Below, piece after piece: positions 16,294 to 24,071 of a stretch of DNA of 32,000 nucleotides. This DNA is from Kineococcus radiotolerans SRS30216 = ATCC BAA-149 (GTDB taxonomy: Bacteria; Actinomycetota; Actinomycetes; Actinomycetales; Kineococcaceae). The stretch spans positions 3,180,001 through 3,212,000 of the forward strand of contig NC_009664.2 of NCBI RefSeq assembly GCF_000017305.1. Reading direction: 5' to 3'. Below the pieces are notes generated by a model, which searched no databases, was not told the DNA's origin, and saw nothing but the letters and a program-made list of their open reading frames with translations. Every line of letters starts with the position of its first letter. The first letter of the stretch is position 1. The translations under genes and the position numbers were made by a program.

Positions 16294-17466
16294 CTGGACG
16301 GCGGGCCGGGCCACCGAGCGCGCGAACAGCGTGGAGAGGGCCACCACCGCCAGCACCACGAGGATCGCCGAGCGCAGCCCGGCGTGCTGCCCGACGAAGC
16401 CCAGCAGCGGCGGTCCGACGAGGAACGCCGCGTACCCCGCCGTCGCCACGGCGCTGACCCGCCGGGCCGCGCCGGCCGGGTCGTCCCCGGCGGCCGAGAG
16501 CGCGACGGGGAAGCCCAGCGCCGCCCCCAGGCCCCAGAGCAGCACCCCCACCGCGGCCACCGCGATGCCGGGGGCGAGGGAGACCAGCCCGATCCCGGCC
16601 ACCGCGCAGGCCGCGGAGGCGAGCACCACCGGCGTCCGGCCGTAGCGGTCCAGGAACCAGCCCCCGCCGAAGCGCCCGGCCGCCATCGCCGCCCCGAAGA
16701 ACGCGAAGACCAGCGACCCCGTCGTCGCGCTCAGCCCGAACCCGTCGACGACGATGAGGGGCAGCCAGTCGTTGGCCGACCCCTCGGCCAGCGCCATCCC
16801 CAGCACGATCACCCCGATCGCCAGGGTGCGGGTCTCGCGCCACACGGCGAGAGGGCTGCCCGGGGGACCGGCGCGCCCGGCCACGCGCGGTTCGGCGCCG
16901 GTGGCGGGGGGCAGGTGGCGCACCAGCCAGGCCGTGCAGGTCGCGGTCAGCGCGGCCACGGCCAGCAGGTGGGCGAGCACCGGCAGGTGCGCGGCGTTGG
17001 CCAGGAGCCCCAGGACCGCGCCCACGCACAGCCCGAGGCTGTAGCTGCCGTGCAGGGAGGGGACGACGGTGCGTCCCACGACCGCCTCGAGGGCGACCCC
17101 CTCCACGTTGAGGGCGATCTCGCCCGAGCCCATGCCGAAGCCGATCCCGGCCAGGCCCACGGCCACCAACCAGCCCAGGCCGAGGGTCGCGCCGAGGCCC
17201 GCGACCGCGGTCCCGGCGGCGACGGCCAGCAGACCCGTGCGCACCACGGCCCGGGCCCCGCTGCGCGCGACGTAGCCGCCGCCCACGGCGATGCCCGCCA
17301 TCGACCCCACGGACATCCCGGCGATGACGAGCCCCATCGCGGCGGTGCTGGAGTGGGTCAGGTCGCGGATGGCGGGCGTGCGCGAGACCCAGGCCGCCAT
17401 CGTCAGGCCGTTGCAGCCGAAGGCGGCGGTCAGCGCCGCCCGCCACCGCGCGGCGGGGACGTCCAC
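16291..17466 (-). CDS. MFS transporter
   Basis: 391 aa with about 12 hydrophobic spans, Gly/Ala-rich membrane composition and a GC3-rich frame. GAGGGGG lies upstream of GTG 17466. Confidence 0.8.
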   Translation of the reverse strand: MDVPAARWRAALTAAFGCNGLTMAAWVSRTPAIRDLTHSSTAAMGLVIAGMSVGSMAGIAVGGGYVARSGARAVVRTGLLAVAAGTAVAGLGATLGLGWLVAVGLAGIGFGMGSGEIALNVEGVALEAVVGRTVVPSLHGSYSLGLCVGAVLGLLANAAHLPVLAHLLAVAALTATCTAWLVRHLPPATGAEPRVAGRAGPPGSPLAVWRETRTLAIGVIVLGMALAEGSANDWLPLIVVDGFGLSATTGSLVFAFFGAAMAAGRFGGGWFLDRYGRTPVVLASAACAVAGIGLVSLAPGIAVAAVGVLLWGLGAALGFPVALSAAGDDPAGAARRVSAVATAGYAAFLVGPPLLGFVGQHAGLRSAILVVLAVVALSTLFARSVARPAVQ

Positions 17467-17478
17467 GTCGGCGCCCCC

Positions 17479-18180
17479 TCAGCGCGGGCGGCGGGCGAAC
17501 AGGTCGGTCACCCGGTGGCCCAGGGCCAGGCCGCGCGCCTCGAAACCGGTCACCGGGCGCCAGGCCGGGCGGGAGCCCAGCCCGCCCGGCTCCAGGACCA
17601 GGCCCGGTTCGGCGGAGAGCACCGCGGTCATCTGCTCCGCGTACGGCTCCCAGTCCGTCGCGAGGTGCAGCAGGCCGCCGGGGGCCAGCCGGTCGGCGAC
17701 CAGGGCGGCGAAGCCGGCGTCGACCAGGCGGCGCTTGTGGTGGCGGGGCTTGCGCCAGGGGTCGGGGAAGTACACCCGCACCCCGGCCAGGCTGCCGGGG
17801 CGGATCCGCCGGTGCAGGAGCATCCGCCCGTCGCCCTCGTGGACGTGGACGTTGGTCAGCCCGCGCTCGTCCACGCCCTGCAGCAGCCGCGCGACGCCCG
17901 GGGTGTGCACGTCGGTGGCGACGACGTGGGTGCCCGGGTCCGCCTCGGCCATGGCCAGCGTGCTGGCTCCCATCCCGAACCCGATCTCCAGGACGACCGG
18001 CGCGCCGCCGGAGAGCGCCGGCAGGTCCAGCGCGCCCTCGCCCGCGGGCAGGGCGAAGCGGCCCTGCAGGTTCTCCAGCGCGGCGCGGCCGGTGGTGCCC
18101 ATCCGGCCCCGGCGCAGCTTGTAGGAGCGGGTGGTGTCGTCGGGATCGGCGAGGGCGGTCACCGGACCATCATCGGCCAC
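17479..18180 (-). CDS. trmB: tRNA (guanine46-N7)-methyltransferase
   Basis: 233 aa. VLEIGFGMGASTLAMAEADP (SAM-binding motif), VYFPDPWRKPRHHKRRLV (TrmB signature). GGAAGG Shine-Dalgarno sequence 7 nt before GTG 18180. Confidence 0.9.
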   Translation of the reverse strand: MADDGPVTALADPDDTTRSYKLRRGRMGTTGRAALENLQGRFALPAGEGALDLPALSGGAPVVLEIGFGMGASTLAMAEADPGTHVVATDVHTPGVARLLQGVDERGLTNVHVHEGDGRMLLHRRIRPGSLAGVRVYFPDPWRKPRHHKRRLVDAGFAALVADRLAPGGLLHLATDWEPYAEQMTAVLSAEPGLVLEPGGLGSRPAWRPVTGFEARGLALGHRVTDLFARRPR

Positions 18181-18294
18181 CGGAATACCTTCCAGTGGAA
18201 GCCTGGTGTGTAGGATCCTGCACGGCAGGGTGGCCGCCTCCGTGACCGCCGGCTGCGAGTCCGTTCACGACCTCCGCAACGAAGGAGCCCCCAG

Positions 18295-19035
18295 GTGCCC
18301 CGGAAACCCTCCGTCCAGCTCTACTCGGTGCGCGACGCCGTGCAGGCCGACCTGCCCGGCGCCCTCGCGCGCCTGGCCGAGATCGGGTTCGAGCAGGTCG
18401 AGCCCTACGGCTTCCACGAGCGGGCGGTGGAGTTCAAGGACGCCCTCGCCGCCGCCGGCGTCACCGCCCCCTCGGGCCACGCGCCCGTCATCGACTCCGA
18501 GAACCCCGCGGCGATCTTCGAGGCCGCCAACACCCTCGGCATCACCACCGTCATCGACCCGTTCGTGCCGAGCGAGCGCTGGCGGACCGCCGACGACGTC
18601 GCCCGCACCGCCGACCGGGTGAACGAGCTCAGCGCGCTGGCCCACGAGTACGTCCTGACGTTCGGCTACCACAACCACGCCTGGGAGCTCGAGAACACCG
18701 TCGAGGGCCGCCCGGCGCTGGAGCTGTTCGTCGACCGCCTCGCACCGCAGGTCGTCCTGGAGATCGACACCTTCTGGGCCACCGTCGGCGGCGCCGACAC
18801 CCCCGCGCTGCTGCGCTCGCTGGGGGACCGGGTTACCCTCATCCACGTCAAGGACGGGGCCAAGAGCACCGACACCTCCACCCAGCAGCCCGCCGGGCAG
18901 GGCGAGGTCGACGTCGCCGCCATCCTCGCCGCCGCCCCGCAGGCGCTGCGGGTCGTGGAGTTCGACGCCTACGCCGGGGACGTCTTCGACGGCCTCGCGC
19001 AGTCCTTCGCGTGGCTGCAGGAGAACGACCGGTGA
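18295..19035 (+). CDS. Sugar phosphate isomerase/epimerase (xylose isomerase-like TIM barrel)
   Basis: 246 aa. VQLYSVRD...LARLAEIGFEQVEPYGF, GYHNHAWELE, LIHVKDG motifs. GAAGGAG Shine-Dalgarno sequence 7 nt upstream of GTG 18295. Confidence 0.85.
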   Translation: MPRKPSVQLYSVRDAVQADLPGALARLAEIGFEQVEPYGFHERAVEFKDALAAAGVTAPSGHAPVIDSENPAAIFEAANTLGITTVIDPFVPSERWRTADDVARTADRVNELSALAHEYVLTFGYHNHAWELENTVEGRPALELFVDRLAPQVVLEIDTFWATVGGADTPALLRSLGDRVTLIHVKDGAKSTDTSTQQPAGQGEVDVAAILAAAPQALRVVEFDAYAGDVFDGLAQSFAWLQENDR

Positions 19036-20153
19036 GCGCGGGAACCGGAACGGGTTCCGGGCGCGTCGGCGTCGGGATCATCGGGGCGGGGAACATCTCC
19101 ACCCAGTACCTCGAGAACCTCACGAAGTTCCCCGACGTGGACGTGCGCTTCGTCGCTGACATCGCCCTGGACCGCGCGGCGGCGCAGGCCGAGGCCTTCG
19201 GCGTGCCCGCCTCCGGCAGCGTCGCGGACCTGCTGGCCCGCGACGACGTCGAGATCGTCGTCAACCTGACGATCCCCGCCGCCCACGCCGAGGTCGGGCA
19301 GCAGGTGCTGGCCGCCGGCAAGCACGTGTGGAGCGAGAAGCCCCTCGCCCTGGACGCGGAGTCCGGCCTGGCCCTGCTCGCCGACGCCCGCGCCGCCGGC
19401 CTGCGCGTGGCGTGCGCCCCGGACACCGTGCTGGGGGCGGGCATCCAGACCGCGCTGCGGGCCATCGCCCGCGGCGACATCGGCGAACCCCTCACGGCGA
19501 CGACGATGTTCCACGTCCCCGGCCCCGAGGCCTGGCACCCCAACCCCGACTTCCTCTTCGCCCACGGCGCGGGTCCCCTGTTCGACATGGGCCCCTACTA
19601 CGTGACGACGCTGGTCCACGCGTTCGGTTCCGCCAGCCGGGTGCAGGCGGTGTCGTCGCGGTCGGTGGCGACGCGCACCATCGCGACCGGGCCGCGCGCG
19701 GGCGAGACGTTCCCCGTCGAGGTCCCCACCCACCACGCCGCGCTGCTGGAGTTCGACGGCGGGCAGTCCGCCCAGTCCACGTTCTCCTTCCAGCACGCGC
19801 TGCCGCGGTCGGGCTTCGTCGAGGTCAACGGCACCGAGGGCACCATCGTGCTGCCCGACCCGAACACCTTCGAGGGTGATTCGGTGCTGTGGCGCAACGG
19901 GTCCGAGGAACCGGAGACGATCCCGGCGGTGGGTTCGACCTACGGCCGCGGGTCCGGCGTGCTGGACCTGGCGCGCGCGATCCGTTCCGGGGGCACCGAA
20001 CGCGCCTCCGGGGCCGTGGCCGCCCACGTGCTCGACGTGCTGCTCGCGATCCGGGACGCCGCCGCGGAACGCCGCGTCGTGGAGGTCACCTCGAAGGTCG
20101 ACCCGGTAGCGCCGCTGCCGGAGGACTGGAACCCCGCCGCCGCCACCCTGTAG
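19032..20153 (+). CDS. Gfo/Idh/MocA-family NAD(P)-dependent oxidoreductase
   Basis: 373 aa from GTG 19032, overlapping the upstream stop (GTGA). Rossmann N-terminus VGVGIIGAGNISTQYLENL, EKPLAL motif. Confidence 0.9.
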   Translation: MSAGTGTGSGRVGVGIIGAGNISTQYLENLTKFPDVDVRFVADIALDRAAAQAEAFGVPASGSVADLLARDDVEIVVNLTIPAAHAEVGQQVLAAGKHVWSEKPLALDAESGLALLADARAAGLRVACAPDTVLGAGIQTALRAIARGDIGEPLTATTMFHVPGPEAWHPNPDFLFAHGAGPLFDMGPYYVTTLVHAFGSASRVQAVSSRSVATRTIATGPRAGETFPVEVPTHHAALLEFDGGQSAQSTFSFQHALPRSGFVEVNGTEGTIVLPDPNTFEGDSVLWRNGSEEPETIPAVGSTYGRGSGVLDLARAIRSGGTERASGAVAAHVLDVLLAIRDAAAERRVVEVTSKVDPVAPLPEDWNPAAATL

Positions 20154-20164
20154 GGCGACAGCGC

Positions 20165-20198
20165 CAGGAGACCTCCGGGTTCCCCCGGGGGTCTCCTG
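20165..20198. terminator. Hairpin between convergent genes (9+5 bp stem with symmetric 1-nt bulge)
   Basis: CAGGAGACC-t-CCGGG-ttcc-CCCGG-g-GGTCTCCTG lies between the oxidoreductase stop (20153) and the TetR stop (20202). Confidence 0.6.
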
Positions 20199-20201
20199 CG
20201 T

Positions 20202-20804
20202 TCAGGAACCGCTCGGCAGGAACCGTTCCAGGAGTTCCAGCGAACGCCGCACGTCGACGGTCCCCGGGTCCAGCAACCACTGGACCTGCAGGCCGTCGGA
20301 GGCGGCGACGATCAGCGACGCCGCGTCCGAGGCGTCGATGTCGGCGGGGGTCGTCCCCGCCGCCTGAGAGCGCTCGATGCGCCGGACCAGGTCCTCGCGG
20401 ACCCGGCGGAAGCGGGCGTTCACGAACTCGCGGGTCGCGGCCCGCTGCTCCTGCAGCGCGTCGGCGGTCAGCGTCGCGTACAGCTGCACCAGCCCCGGGA
20501 CCTCGCGGTTGCGGTCGGCGCTGCGGGCGATGTCCTCCACGGCCCCGGTGTCCTCGTCCTCGACGAGGAGGCGCTGCTCGTGCTCGCGGTACACCTCGAT
20601 GAGCAGTTCCTCGCGCGAGGTGAAGTAGTGGCGCAGCGCGGCGTGCGAAACCCCGATCGCGTCCCCGACCGACCGCATGGACGCGCCGTCGACGCCGTGC
20701 TCGGCGAACAGCTCGATGGCCCGGTCGAGGATCTGCCGGCGGCGTTCGACGCCCTTGCGGTAGGGACGGGCCGGTCCACGGCGCTCGACGCTGTCGTCTG
20801 CCAC
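20202..20804 (-). CDS. TetR/AcrR-family transcriptional regulator
   Basis: 200 aa. HTH region RRRQILDRAIELFAEHGVDGASMRSVGDAIGVSHAALRHYFTSREELL. Confidence 0.9.
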   Translation of the reverse strand: MADDSVERRGPARPYRKGVERRRQILDRAIELFAEHGVDGASMRSVGDAIGVSHAALRHYFTSREELLIEVYREHEQRLLVEDEDTGAVEDIARSADRNREVPGLVQLYATLTADALQEQRAATREFVNARFRRVREDLVRRIERSQAAGTTPADIDASDAASLIVAASDGLQVQWLLDPGTVDVRRSLELLERFLPSGS

Positions 20805-20810
20805 CGCACC

Positions 20811-20816
20811 ATCGTA
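20811..20816 (-). promoter_or_regulatory. Candidate -10 hexamer TACGAT, 6 nt upstream of the TetR GTG (leaderless geometry)
   Basis: Minus strand reads ccaccTACGATggtgcgGTG. No Shine-Dalgarno sequence. Confidence 0.35.
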
Positions 20817-20838
20817 GGTGGGGAACCCGCGGCGGAGG

Positions 20839-21225
20839 TCAGTCCCGCCCGAGGGGGTGGCCGAGGACGAGGAGGGCCAGCGCCCCCAGGCCCAGCAGCA
20901 GGGCGGTGGCGGCGGTGACGGCGAGGAGGCCCGCGCCCTCGCCGGCGAGGTCGCCGCGGGTGAGGAGGCCGGCGGTGGCCCGCCGCGCGCGCCGGCCGGC
21001 GAGGACGTGGACGACCACCCCGCCGCCGGCGCCGACCACCCCGAGGACCACCGCGCCGGCGCCGAGCTGGGCCGGCAGCAGACGCGCCGCCCCGAGGGAG
21101 ACCACGACCAGCGACAGCGCGGTCCGGCGCCAGGCCAGCGCCGTGCGTTCCGGCTGCAGGCCCGGGTCGTAGAGCCGGGGCGCGTCCCCCGGTCCCCGCG
21201 CCGGCCCGTCCCCCCGCCCGCTCAC
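20839..21225 (-). CDS. DUF202 (YidH-like) small membrane protein, second of a pair
   Basis: 128 aa from GTG 21225, overlapping the upstream stop (GTGA). PERTALAWRRTALSL (DUF202 N-E-R-T-x-L-A-W-x-R-T type motif) followed by hydrophobic spans. Confidence 0.7.
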   Translation of the reverse strand: MSGRGDGPARGPGDAPRLYDPGLQPERTALAWRRTALSLVVVSLGAARLLPAQLGAGAVVLGVVGAGGGVVVHVLAGRRARRATAGLLTRGDLAGEGAGLLAVTAATALLLGLGALALLVLGHPLGRD

Positions 21226-21602
21226 CGCAGCAGCAGCCCGAGCAGCACGAGGACGCCGGCGAGCGCGGTCCCGGCGGCCAGCGGGGCGGCGAGGGCGGGG
21301 GAGGGCAACGGTTCCCCGCGCCGCAGCGCCCGTTCGTCGCGGGTCCACCCCCGCCAGGCCTGGAGGGGGGCGAGCAGGCCGAGCACGACCAGCACGCCCG
21401 CGGCGGCCAGCCGCAGCTGCGGCTGGAGGGGCAGGGCCAGGCCCTCCAGGGCGACCCCCGCGGCCAGCAGCGCCAGCGACGTCCGGATCCAGGCGAGGAA
21501 GGTTCGCTCGTTGGCGAGGGAGAACCGCGGGTCCGGCTCGCCGCCCTCGCGGTAGACCGAGGCGGGGAACCGGGTGTCCTCGCGCGGGGCGGGTGCGTCC
21601 AC
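21222..21602 (-). CDS. DUF202 (YidH-like) small membrane protein, first of a pair
   Basis: 126 aa. LANERTFLAWIRTSLALLAAGVAL signature plus three hydrophobic segments. Confidence 0.85.
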   Translation of the reverse strand: MDAPAPREDTRFPASVYREGGEPDPRFSLANERTFLAWIRTSLALLAAGVALEGLALPLQPQLRLAAAGVLVVLGLLAPLQAWRGWTRDERALRRGEPLPSPALAAPLAAGTALAGVLVLLGLLLR

Positions 21603-21654
21603 GAGGTGGAGGATCCCACGGGACGGGGACCCGCGCGGCGGGCCCCACGCACGA

Positions 21655-21686
21655 GGGCCGCAACAGCTCGGGAGCTGTTGCGGCCC
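21655..21686 (-). terminator. 14-bp perfect stem / 4-nt loop hairpin, 14 nt downstream of the tRNA-Lys 3' end
   Basis: gggccgcaacagct-cggg-agctgttgcggccc. Confidence 0.6.
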
Positions 21687-21699
21687 TGGTGTTTCCCAC

Positions 21700-21775
<76 letters not shown>

Positions 21776-21785
21776 AACGGGTTGA

Positions 21786-21815
21786 ACTTTAGCAGGCCCA
21801 CGCCCGTGCCACGAA
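21786..21815 (-). promoter_or_regulatory. Candidate tRNA-Lys promoter TTCGTG-N18-TAAAGT
   Basis: The -10 TAAAGT ends 10 nt upstream of the mature 5' end. This is the most AT-rich patch of the local intergenic region. Confidence 0.4.
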
Positions 21816-21887
21816 ATCCGGTCCCCGGGGGGGACGAGAGGGGGCGCACCCCCCGGAGCGCCGGACCTCGTGGCGGTGGGGGAGGGG

Positions 21888-22061
21888 TCAGTCCTGCTTC
21901 CACCACTCGTCGTCGGGCAGCCCCTCCGAGGCCAGCAGCTCCGCGGAGTGCGGACCGTCGGGCGAGGCCATGTCCATGATCAGCGACAGCGGGATGTGCT
22001 CGGAGAGCATCTCCATGACCGGTTCGGCCGTCGCGTTCGCCTGGGTGTTCTCGTTCGTCAT
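21888..22061 (-). CDS. Small acidic hypothetical protein (57 aa)
   Basis: ATG 22061 lies 5 nt after a strong GGAGGA Shine-Dalgarno sequence. MTNENTQANATAEPVMEMLSEHIPLSLIMDMASPDGPHSAELLASEGLPDDEWWKQD. Non-low-complexity, GC3-rich. The longer 105-aa track ORF adds a P/R/G-rich junk N-terminus. Confidence 0.7.
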   Translation of the reverse strand: MTNENTQANATAEPVMEMLSEHIPLSLIMDMASPDGPHSAELLASEGLPDDEWWKQD

Positions 22062-22482
22062 GCGTCCTCCGAGGATCGGTTCCCCCGGGGGCGGGGGACG
22101 TAGGAGTGTTCGTCGCCCCCGGCGGCCGCCTTGAGGCCGCGCCCGGGGGAGGACCCGTCCGGCGCAGGGCCCCGGGTCCCGGTCACCGAGCGTGGGGGGC
22201 GGCACCCTCCCGCGCCGCGGCGGCCCGTGGGCGGGCGACCCCCGACTGCACCCGCCGCGCGGCGACCACCACCGCGATGCGCCGCCGCCGGCGGCGGGCG
22301 GCGGTGGCGTCGAGGGGGTAGCGGGTCAGCACCGGAGAGGTCACGCGCCCCACGCTAGGCAGCCCGGCGGCCGCGCACATCGTCCTCGCGCGGTAGCTCC
22401 GCATCACCCTCCGGGATGACCACCCGCCCCGGCCGGGGGCCGCCGGGTGGACGGCGCGGCCACCGGCGGGGACAGTGGGGCG

Positions 22483-23118
22483 ATGCGCGCCGAGGGACGG
22501 TGGGGGATCGACCTGACCATGCCGCAGTCGCTGCTGCTGGCCCTGCACCTGCGCGACGCCGCCCGGCTGCGCCCGCCCACCTCCCCGCTCCTGCCCGACC
22601 TCCCCCCGCTGGACCCCGCCGCCGTCCCGCTGCCCACCGCCGGCGGTGACCTCACCGGTCTCGAGGCCGCGGGGCGGCAGTGGGCGCGGTGGTGGGCGGC
22701 GTCCTTCCCCGGCGGGGCCGACGCCCTCACCTCGATCCTGCCCCCGCGCTTCCCCGGCCTGGCCGGGATGCCCGAGCTGCGGGGGCTGGCCGAGCTCGGC
22801 ATGGACGACGCCGTCACCTGGAGCGCCCGGGCCCGCGAGGTCGAGCGCCGCGTCCTCGCCCGCACGCCGACCGCCCTGTTCGAGACGAACCTCGTCGCCG
22901 AGGTCGAGCACGAGCTGGGCCGGCGGATCCGCCCCTTCCAGCTCGGCGTCGTGGTGCTGCCCGTCCAGGGCGCCCACCACTGGGACGTCCTGGGCCGGCC
23001 GGTGATCTCCCTGGGCCTGCGCGCCGACCGCGACGGCTACCTGGCCTGGCTGCGCGAGCGGCTGGTGCGCACCGGCTCCACGCCCCGGGGGAGGGGGGAG
23101 CGCACCGAGCAGCCCTGA
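22483..23118 (+). CDS. Hypothetical protein (211 aa, Trp/Arg/Leu-rich, no recognised domain)
   Basis: GC3 near 98% across the frame. ATG 22483 is preceded by GACAGT-N6 (leaderless-type geometry). An alternative GTG at 22447 would add 12 aa. No TM segments or signal peptide. Confidence 0.7.
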   Translation: MRAEGRWGIDLTMPQSLLLALHLRDAARLRPPTSPLLPDLPPLDPAAVPLPTAGGDLTGLEAAGRQWARWWAASFPGGADALTSILPPRFPGLAGMPELRGLAELGMDDAVTWSARAREVERRVLARTPTALFETNLVAEVEHELGRRIRPFQLGVVVLPVQGAHHWDVLGRPVISLGLRADRDGYLAWLRERLVRTGSTPRGRGERTEQP

Positions 23119-23154
23119 GCGGGCTCCCCGCCCGGACGCCCCGAGGACGACGAA

Positions 23155-23180
23155 GGCCCCCGACGGTGTCGTCGGGGGCC
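23155..23180. terminator. 11-bp stem / 4-nt loop hairpin shared by the convergent hypothetical gene and tRNA-His
   Basis: ggcccccgacg-gtgt-cgtcgggggcc, 37 nt after the CDS stop and 9 nt after the tRNA-His 3' end. Confidence 0.6.
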
Positions 23181-23188
23181 TCCGCGCG

Positions 23189-23265
23189 TGGGGTGAGTGA
23201 CGGGACTTGAACCCGCGACTTCCTGGACCACAACCAGGTGCTCTACCAGCTGAGCTACACCCACC
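23189..23265 (-). tRNA. tRNA-His (anticodon GTG) with encoded G-1 and CCA
   Basis: Acceptor GTGGGTG/CACTCAC (one G-U), extra 5' G opposite discriminator C, anticodon stem CCTGG/CCAGG with loop TTGTGGT, T loop TTCAAGT. Confidence 0.95.
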
Positions 23266-23305
23266 ACGGCACGCTCGACGCTGACGCGGCGCACGTGACG
23301 GGTCG

Positions 23306-23311
23306 AGGATA
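23306..23311 (-). promoter_or_regulatory. Candidate tRNA-His -10 hexamer TATCCT
   Basis: Minus strand reads gtgTATCCTCGACCCgtc, nearly identical to the prsW promoter core TACCCTCGACCC. It would give a precursor leader of about 35-40 nt. Confidence 0.3.
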
Positions 23312-23362
23312 CACGCTCCCGCGGGTTCCCCCGACGGCTCCGGGCGGGCTCACCCGCCCGGC

Positions 23363-23983
23363 TCAGGCCTCGGGCTTGAGCTCGTACTTCGCGCCCGCGG
23401 CCTTGGCCGTGTCGGAGTCCGGACCGGGGTCCGGCACGAACAGCACCTCGCGGTAGTACTTCAGCTCCTGGATGCTCTCCCGGATGTCCGCGAGCGCGCG
23501 GTGGCCGCCGTGCTTGCGGGGGGTGTGGAAGTAGACCCGCGGGAACCAGCGCTTGGCCAGCTCCTTCAGCGAGGACACGTCGATGAGGCGGTAGTGCAGG
23601 TGGTCGGTGAGCTGCACCATGTCCCGGGCCAGGAAGGCGCGGTCGGTGTGGACCGAGCTCCCCGCCAGCGGGGCCTTGCGGGGCTCGGGCACCCACTGCT
23701 TCACGTAGTCGAGGACGATCCGCTCGGCCTCCTCCAGGGTGCGGCCGTCCGGGATCTCCGCCAGCAGCCCCGAGGCGGTGTGCATGTCGACGACGACGCG
23801 GTCCATGTCCACCAGCGACTCCGCCGGCGGCTTGATGACCACGTCGACCCCGTCGCCGAGGACGTTGAGGTCGGCGTCGGTGACGAGCACCGCGACCTCG
23901 ACGAGCGCGTCCTCGGTCAGGCTCAGCCCGGTCATCTCGCAGTCGATCCAGACGATGCGATCGGTGACCTTGTCGTTGCTCAC
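23363..23983 (-). CDS. orn: Oligoribonuclease
   Basis: 206 aa from GTG 23983. IVWIDCEMTGL (DEDDh Exo I), SSVHTDRAFL, HRALADIRESIQELKYY (Exo III H-x4-D). The 377-aa track ORF is an unsupported upstream extension across the divergent promoter region. Confidence 0.9.
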   Translation of the reverse strand: MSNDKVTDRIVWIDCEMTGLSLTEDALVEVAVLVTDADLNVLGDGVDVVIKPPAESLVDMDRVVVDMHTASGLLAEIPDGRTLEEAERIVLDYVKQWVPEPRKAPLAGSSVHTDRAFLARDMVQLTDHLHYRLIDVSSLKELAKRWFPRVYFHTPRKHGGHRALADIRESIQELKYYREVLFVPDPGPDSDTAKAAGAKYELKPEA

Positions 23984-23989
23984 CGGCCC

Positions 23990-23995
23990 AGGGTA
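23990..23995 (-). promoter_or_regulatory. Candidate -10 hexamer TACCCT, 6 nt upstream of the orn GTG (leaderless)
   Basis: Minus strand reads ctcTACCCTgggccgGTG. No Shine-Dalgarno sequence. Confidence 0.4.
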
Positions 23996-24059
23996 GAGGT
24001 GCGCGGACGCCGCGCGGCGCGCGGCGCGGACGCCGACGGGCGGGCGGGGGAGCAGCCCG

Positions 24060-24065
24060 TACCCT
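24060..24065 (+). promoter_or_regulatory. Candidate -10 hexamer TACCCT, 6 nt upstream of the prsW ATG (leaderless)
   Basis: cgTACCCTcgacccATG. No Shine-Dalgarno sequence. Same hexamer as the divergent orn promoter. Confidence 0.4.
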
Positions 24066-24071
24066 CGACCC

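Noticed and set aside
12336-18213. Several long ORFs: 756 aa (+), 651 aa (+), 718 aa (-), 893 aa (+), and the 794-aa frame fusing the permease with the ATPase region.
   Set aside because: All are off-frame or antisense to well-supported transporter, LLM, MFS and trmB genes, and their translations are low-complexity. The permease start is fixed at GTG 13691 by the GTGA overlap with the ATPase stop.
20468-21699. A 394-aa minus-strand ORF and the 286-aa extended form of the second DUF202 ORF.
   Set aside because: The extensions run off-frame through the first DUF202 gene or the TetR gene and are P/R/G-rich. The DUF202 signature in the 20839 frame begins just after the GTGA-coupled GTG 21225.
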